Below are positions 56,982-64,000 of a stretch of 64,000 bases of DNA, piece by piece. The first letter of the stretch is position 1; the number at the start of each line of letters is the position of its first letter. The translations under genes and the position numbers were made by a program. This DNA comes from Eledone cirrhosa (Eukaryota): assembly GCA_964016885.1 (NCBI GenBank), contig OZ024741.1, forward strand, positions 186,868,001-186,932,000, read 5' to 3'. Under the pieces are notes generated by a model that saw nothing but the letters and a program-made list of their open reading frames with translations, was not told where the DNA came from and ran no database searches.

Positions 56982-57405
56982 CACATAGATATACATACAC
57001 ATATACATACACATACATACATACATACACACAATCATACGTATATACACATGTACATACATACACATACATACACACATATATACACGCATACATACGC
57101 ATGCACAAAAATAGAAATATATACACACACCTCTACATACTCACACACACAAATAAATATGAGAAAAAATATATAATAATAAAAATTAAAAATGAATATA
57201 AAGACTATTATAATGTTGTCAGCGATACAGGCAACAAATACATGAACAAACACACGTGGTAAGCAATACACACACATGCACGTACACATACATACGTAAA
57301 AAGAAATACATACACACACTCTCACACATAAATATACATATATTCAAATACATAAACACATACATACGCATACACAATTACATACACACACATATACATA
57401 TATAT

Positions 57406-57436
<31 letters not shown>

Positions 57437-57674
57437 CACACATACATACATAACCATACAAATATACACATACATATAAATACATAACACAAATACATAC
57501 ATACAAATACAAACACACACATATAAAACCCATTTGTCTTTTTTTTATATTATGCAATGTGCTTAATTCTAGTCACTCAAATTTACATGACAAAGTTTTG
57601 TTGTGCCTTAAGTCTTTATATTCATTTTTGTGTAAAACTCATTCTTAGATAATTCATATAAACCTTATTAAACT

Positions 57675-57730
<56 letters not shown>

Positions 57731-57851
57731 CACATATATACACATACATGCATACTCACATACACATATATACACATACATACATACTCACATACACATA
57801 TATACCTACACACACATATATATACATACACATACGTATGCATACGTACAT

Positions 57852-57882
<31 letters not shown>

Positions 57883-57890
57883 CATAATTA
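56539..57890 (-). repeat. Low-complexity PLE 3'-UTR-like repeat ending in a hammerhead (56571-56625 -); inverted paralogue at 60236-61725
   Basis: Minus: cgtt-CTGATGA-ttgaaagcaa..ttgcttttaa-GAAAC-cactg-GTA-aatg; high similarity to 60640-61725. Confidence 0.8.
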
Positions 57891-58427
57891 ACTAAATATA
57901 TATATATATATATATGAGAAAGAACATAAATGTTATATATATATATAAAAAAAAATATTGTATATATAAAAAAATATAAAAAATATTGTATATATAAAAA
58001 TAAAAAAATAAAAAAAATAAAAATAAAAATAAAAATAAATATAAAAATGAAAATAAAAAGTTGGGAATACGACAAATAATAAATAAAAAAAATATTTAGA
58101 AAAGAGTATAAATGCTTATAGCAAATTTAGAGCACTCAACAAATTCCTGGAGCAAAAGATCATTGAAAATAATCATTAAAACACTATATGTAATAATGCA
58201 TATACATACACCCTTATACATATATACATATACACATATATATACACACATATATATACATACACACACACACACACACAAAAACACAACCACAGAAATA
58301 CACACACTCATACAATTACGTATATATATATATATATATACACACACACATATAGGAAAAAGTCTGACCCCACAGCAGAGCTCAAGCCGTTTCTGAGGCT
58401 ATTATATATATATACACAGAAGTGCGG

Positions 58428-58610
58428 TAGATTGGCAGTATCGGTAGAGGGTCGGACGCCATGCTTTCCAGCATAGTTACGTCCCTTTACGATCTGAGTT
58501 CAAATCCCGCCGAGGTTGACTTTGCCTTTCATCCTTACGGGGTCGATAAAATAAAGTACCAGTAATGCACTGGGTAATTGCTGGCCTTGTGCCTAAAGTA
58601 GAAACAATTA
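58428..58610 (+). mobile_element. tRNA-derived SINE family 1
   Basis: A/B boxes; nearly identical to the 44310-44480 and 52148 copies. Confidence 0.9.
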
Positions 58611-58670
58611 TATATATACACACACATTAAATCTATATACACACACATACATACATACACATATATACAT

Positions 58671-58721
<51 letters not shown>

Positions 58722-59313
58722 TATGGTGGCTGCCAACTCGTTTTCGAGTACGGTCACTACTTTATATCCATGTAGGAGAACTCCTACCGATGCGCTGAAT
58801 GAGTGTGACTTTTTAGTCCAGCCAGCGACTTGAAAACTCTGGTACAAACACTACACTTGTGACAATTATTGACACATAATGCTGGGCCCATGGTACCATG
58901 TGACGACAAGTGCAGAGAGATCTCCAGATATAAAGCAATGCCTGTGCCGTGAAGCTTTTATAGTGAGCAAAGGCACTGCACAAAGCCAGTCCCACTCTTT
59001 TAACCAAGATGATATTTACCAAAAAGAAGAACAAGTCAACATCATTGGATATCATCAGAGTTGCAGGTGTTATATCAGAGTTTTCCTTCTCCTAGAATTC
59101 TGCCTTGACATATATATATATACACACATATATACACACATACATACATATAAATATATACACACACGCGCACAAATACAACAGAAATATATAATATATA
59201 CGATTATATATACATATACATATACATATACATATATATACAGATATATATAAACATACATACACACAAATATATACATACACATATACATATACACACA
59301 CATATACATACAC

Positions 59314-59446
<133 letters not shown>

Positions 59447-59681
59447 CATATACATATATATACACATACATACATATACACAACACAAAAAAATTTAATA
59501 TCTAAAAATATAAAAAAATGTTGGTATGTGAAGGGTAAGGCAAAATAAGAGGGGGGAAATAAATGACATAGGAAAAGGTTTAAATATAAGAGGAGATAAG
59601 GGAGAAATATAATACTAGAGTAGAGAACGTGGATTCAGCAGGTAAAAAAACCGTAGTGGAAGTAAAGAGCAGGAAAGGAGT

Positions 59682-60210
59682 TCAAGGTGGTTGAGTTATC
59701 ATAGGAATGTCAATCCAGTTACAGATCAGATGTGTTTTCAGATGAGGACAACATCTGAAGATGTCGGTCTTTGAGTTCAGGCAAGCAGAAGTGGCTTTCA
59801 AGTTTAGCAAAATCCTATATTTTGAACAATTCTTTGTGCCCCTTTGGTACTCCCTCGAATGGTCTAAAATAGACCAATCGATAGAGTACGGGATGTTTTT
59901 ATCCTTGAATTCCCACACCTTACTTGCGAGGGCCGTTGCTGTTCGTTTATCAGAGTGCTTAAAAGAAGCGACATGTGCATAAAACCTGGTTTTAAACCTG
60001 TCCTGGGTCATGCCAACATATCGCTCACTCCTGGCTGGCTGGTTGTTGATTAAAGGTGTCACTTTAGCCTCATAAACAACAGATTTGGTGTTACATTTGC
60101 CCTGTAATGGGCATTCATCCGGCTTCCTGCAACTGCATCCTGGATTTGTTCTCGTTGTGATTTGAATTAGTGATCTTGGAGTTCATTGATGGGCAATAAC
60201 ATTTATGTTC
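59682..60210 (-). pseudogene. 3' fragment of a Naiad-type PLE (Cys linker + GIY-YIG)
   Basis: CSCRKPDECPLQGKCNTKSVVYEA...YVGMTQDRFKTRFYAH...IFRCCPH. Confidence 0.88.
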
Positions 60211-60382
60211 TTTCTCATATATATATATATATATTTAGTTAATTATGTATATATGTGTGTGTGTATGTACGTATGCATACGTATGTGTATGTATATATAT
60301 ATGTGTGTGTAGGTATATATGTGTATGTGAGTATGTATGTAGGTGTATATATATGTGTATGTATATATATATGTATATATGT

Positions 60383-60614
60383 AGGAGGTGAGTTTTATTG
60401 TAGTACAATAAAGCAGTGCAGATATCGGATAGAAGCACTCTACAGTTTGTAGGACTGGAGTATACATAATATATAAGATCAAAAGATGGTTAAAAGAGTT
60501 CCATGTATTTTATTATGCGCATTTCAAAAACAAATATCATTGCATGATGATATTTGTTTTTGAAATGCGCATAATAAAATACATGGAACTCTTTTAACCA
60601 TCTTTTGATCTTAT
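60383..60614. repeat. Fold-back PLE end (~70-bp arms) with a hammerhead remnant
   Basis: Arms 60471-60540/60547-60614; TGATGA..GAAAT-gcgc-ATA; ~85-bp extra tail on the left. Confidence 0.8.
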
Positions 60615-61414
60615 ATATTATATATATATATATATATTAGAGTTTAATAAGGTTCATATGAATTATCTAAGAATGAGTTTTACACACATATATATGTGTG
60701 TTTGTATTTGTATGTATGTGTTTGTGTTATGTATGTATATGTATGTGTATATTTGTATGGTTATGTATGTATATATATATATATATAAGCAAGATGTATG
60801 GTAGGTCGTATGTGAATCGCGATGATCACGTCTGACCTACATATATATATATATGTATGTGTGTGTATATATGTATATGTGGGTGTCTGTATGTAATTGT
60901 GTATGCGTATGTATGTGTTTATGTATTTGAATATATGTATATTTATGTGTGAGAGTGTGTGTATGTATTTATTTTTACGTATGTATGTGTACGTGCATGT
61001 GTGTGTATTGCTTACCACGTGTGTTTGTTCATGTATTTGTTGCCTGTATCGCTGTCAACACTATAATAGTCTTTATATTCATTTTTAATTTTTATTATTA
61101 TATATTTTTTCTTATATTTATTTGTGTGTGTATGTAGAGGTGTGTGTATATATTTCTATTTTTGTGCATGCGTATGTATGCGTGTATATATGTGTGTATG
61201 TATGTGTATGTATGTACGTGTGTATATACGTATGATTGCGTATATGTATGTATGTATGTGTATGTATATGTGTATGTATATGTATGTGTATGTGTATATA
61301 TATATATATATACATATATGTATATATGTATGTATATGTATGGATATGTTGATATTTATGTGTATATGTATGTATGTGTATATGCATGTGTATGTGTATA
61401 TATACACATATATA

Positions 61415-61447
<33 letters not shown>

Positions 61448-61492
61448 GTGTATGTATGTGTGTATGTATATATATATGTGTATGTATATAAT

Positions 61493-61523
<31 letters not shown>

Positions 61524-61636
61524 ATTTGTGTTTTTATTTTATTTTTCCTTTCCTTCTTCCTTTTCCAGCCTCACTTTCATATAGATTGCATTTTTGTTTT
61601 TAAAATGGAACGTCAATAAATACACCAGTATTTTTT

Positions 61637-61691
61637 CGTTCTGATGATTGAAAGCAAGATTTTTTTGCTTTTAAGAAACCACTGGTAAATG
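61637..61691 (+). ncRNA. Type I hammerhead
   Basis: cgtt-CTGATGA-ttgaaagcaa-gatttt-ttgcttttaa-GAAAC-cactg-GTA-aatg. Confidence 0.85.
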
Positions 61692-61827
61692 AAATAATTG
61701 CCTTATGTTGTTTATTACATAACTATTAAGCTCTGTTACATACATAGAGCACTCTTTTTTCCTGGACTTTTCCGATGGAATTACTTCATCTATATATATA
61801 TATATATATAAGTTTTAATATAGATGA

Positions 61828-61876
61828 GATTCTACAGGACTAGAACTGTTTCATTCTTTAGAAATCATCAGGAATC
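61828..61876 (-). ncRNA. Minimal hammerhead (33144 family) in an inverted pseudo-LTR
   Basis: Minus: gattc-CTGATGA-tttctaaagaat-GAAACAG..CTGTA-gaatc. Confidence 0.8.
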
Positions 61877-61949
61877 ACCAGAAACTACCCACCATCCCTA
61901 ATCAACAATGGATTCCAACGTGCCCTAAAACTCGACATCCAGGAACTCA

Positions 61950-62610
61950 GACACCCAAACCCAAGAATGAACCGCAACAGAAAACTCTACCATACATCAC
62001 CACACACAACCCCCTCAACAATGAGGCATTCGGCACCATCCTCCAGAACATTCCTTTACTAAAAAGAGACCCAAGAATGAACAAAATCCTCCAAATACAC
62101 AACACCATAAAGAGAAAAAGACAAACTAAATCCATAAAAACATCCTCACACAAGCCAAAATCCAACAAACTCTCACAATGAACCTTACAGTAACAAAATG
62201 CGGAAGGCCCAACTGTGGCATATGCATAAATCTAATAGAAGGTTCAGCATTCCATTTTAAACAAGGACAACATTTCACAGTTAAACACAACTTTACATGT
62301 GCATCTGAAAACCTAATCTATGTTTTGACCTGCTCAGGTTGTCAAGAGCATTATATAGGACAGACAATAAACAGCCTCCGACAACGTATGACCGTGCATA
62401 AATCACAAATCAAAATACAGGAATACAGAGAGACTAGCGTATAGTGAACATATCGCCAATTGTGCACCCAACCAACATCCAAACTTTAAAATTTTCACCA
62501 TTTACAAATTCATAGACAACGCTACTTTCATCCATCGTACCAATAAGGAAACGTATTTCATTAATAAATTCCAATCTCTACTTAATGCACTAAACTTCGG
62601 ATTAAACTAA
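61950..62610 (+). pseudogene. 5'-truncated PLE GIY-YIG fragment of a non-Naiad (Neptune-like) lineage
   Basis: KCGRPNCGIC...FTCASENLIYVLTCSGCQEHYIGQTINSLRQRMTVH...(stop)EHIANC...KETYFINKF..LN. Confidence 0.85.
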
Positions 62611-63238
62611 AACTGGAACGAACAATCAAACATTTACAAATACCTATGTCTCTCTAAAGAGTTACCTCCCTAACGCCCGACCTAATCCTTTTTCTTAAAT
62701 AAATTAAATATCACCCAGCATGAATTACCTTCCCCTGGATATTAACTCTCTAAAAAGGGAAATCATATCAAAACCCAGTCCACCTCTTGCTATATTAACA
62801 CATTTTGATCTGCTTATCCTTTAAGAACTATGCCTGTAAATAACATTATTTTTTCTTTCACATATTATGCGTCCCTTTTTTTCTTTTTTCTTTTCACTTC
62901 ATAAACCTTGTTTGTAAATTACATTATTCTTTCTGCACCATTTCTTTAACATGTCCAACACCACCATTCTACACCAATACATATTATTATCATTTGATAA
63001 TGCATAAAAATGGTGAAACCGGTAATAGACAATTATTGAATATATAAATAAATATATAAATGCCATTGTTAATTAATAAATAAATCAACTAATACCTTAA
63101 CACTTCACACAAAGTAAAATATTTCGTTTTAATCACTTTCTAACCCAGAAAAAAGAGAGAAAGAAATAAAAAAATAAAAAAATATATTTTTCTTCCTAAT
63201 AATCGTCTTTTTCTCCCTGTTTTCATATATATATATAT

Positions 63239-63299
63239 GGCATATGGCCCTTAAAGCGATGAAATGCCTGGGACGGTTGGAGGGTCACTGATGAAGGAC
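63239..63299 (+). ncRNA. Candidate permuted hammerhead, 5'-truncated divergent copy
   Basis: GGCAT-A-tggccct-taaa-gcga-t-GAAATGCC..agggtca-CTGATGA-a-ggac. Confidence 0.7.
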
Positions 63300-63346
63300 T
63301 TACTTTTTCATATGCACCACCATTTGCAACGCGCAGCCATCATTAT

Positions 63347-63477
<131 letters not shown>

Positions 63478-64000
63478 TGAAATCGAAAATGCAACTGGAG
63501 TTTTATTTTTAAATATATATATATTTATTTGGTTCCTTTACCGGTTTCGCAGTTCTTCTGCTTTTCAAAAGTAGAGTTCAGATGGAGGGTCTCTGGTTTT
63601 TCTCACATCTGGTTGGTCTCTGAAAGTTACTTGTTTTATATGGAAAAAAGTGGCTCAAAATGCCAGGTTTCTAGAGAAGTAATTTGATTGGTTGGTCAAT
63701 AATCATAATAAATTTCGCGCCAGTTCGCGTTACAAAATTCTTCAAATAAGAGGGTGGGCACAGGTTGTCTTTTCATATATGGGTGTTTGAATTTCTTTTT
63801 ACTTTAAAAAAACTGGCTCACGAAGTCTTTTTTTTAATAAACGTAATTTGATTGGTTATAAATGAAATTATGGTTGTCACGTGAACAAGTTTTCATTAAA
63901 TTTTCGCGCCCTTATTTGGAAATCTATTCTATAGCCTTTTTAGAGAATTTTATGAAAAGCAAAAGATAATGGTCAAGAGAAATGGGATGGGAGAATTGTT

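Noticed and set aside
58725-59105. 125-aa ORF / GC-richer island
   Set aside because: Resembles a LINE 5'-UTR-type repeat (ctaggagaaggaaaactctga on the minus strand) and runs into microsatellite; not supportable as a gene.

Overview
AT-rich, microsatellite-saturated animal intergenic/intronic DNA. It is probably from an octopus or other coleoid cephalopod, inferred only from repeat make-up. No credible host protein-coding gene is visible, and nearly all track ORFs are (TA)n/(CA)n/triplet artefacts. The window is a retroelement graveyard. It holds one apparently intact, young Penelope-like retroelement (Naiad-type RT + GIY-YIG ORF, 19662-21983, identical 154-bp hammerhead-bearing pseudo-LTRs), several PLE/RTE/L1-Tx1/CRE fragments, about 12 tRNA-derived SINEs, 4 non-autonomous Helitrons, a deleted mariner and MITEs. 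The most striking signal is non-coding RNA: more than 15 hammerhead ribozyme (HHR) motifs, mostly in short asymmetric fold-back insertions in (TA)n tracts. Top candidates for novelty: (1) a repeat family (18332, 40554/40814, 47482, 63239) carrying all hammerhead core strands in a NON-circularly permuted order, supported by compensatory base changes; (2) a ~420-445-nt terminally redundant HHR element that looks like a genomic copy of a circular RNA (retrozyme-like); (3) a stereotyped two-ended fold-back integration signature; (4) hammerheads with ~70-80-nt multibranched stem-II inserts. All structures were read by eye; nothing was folded or searched computationally.
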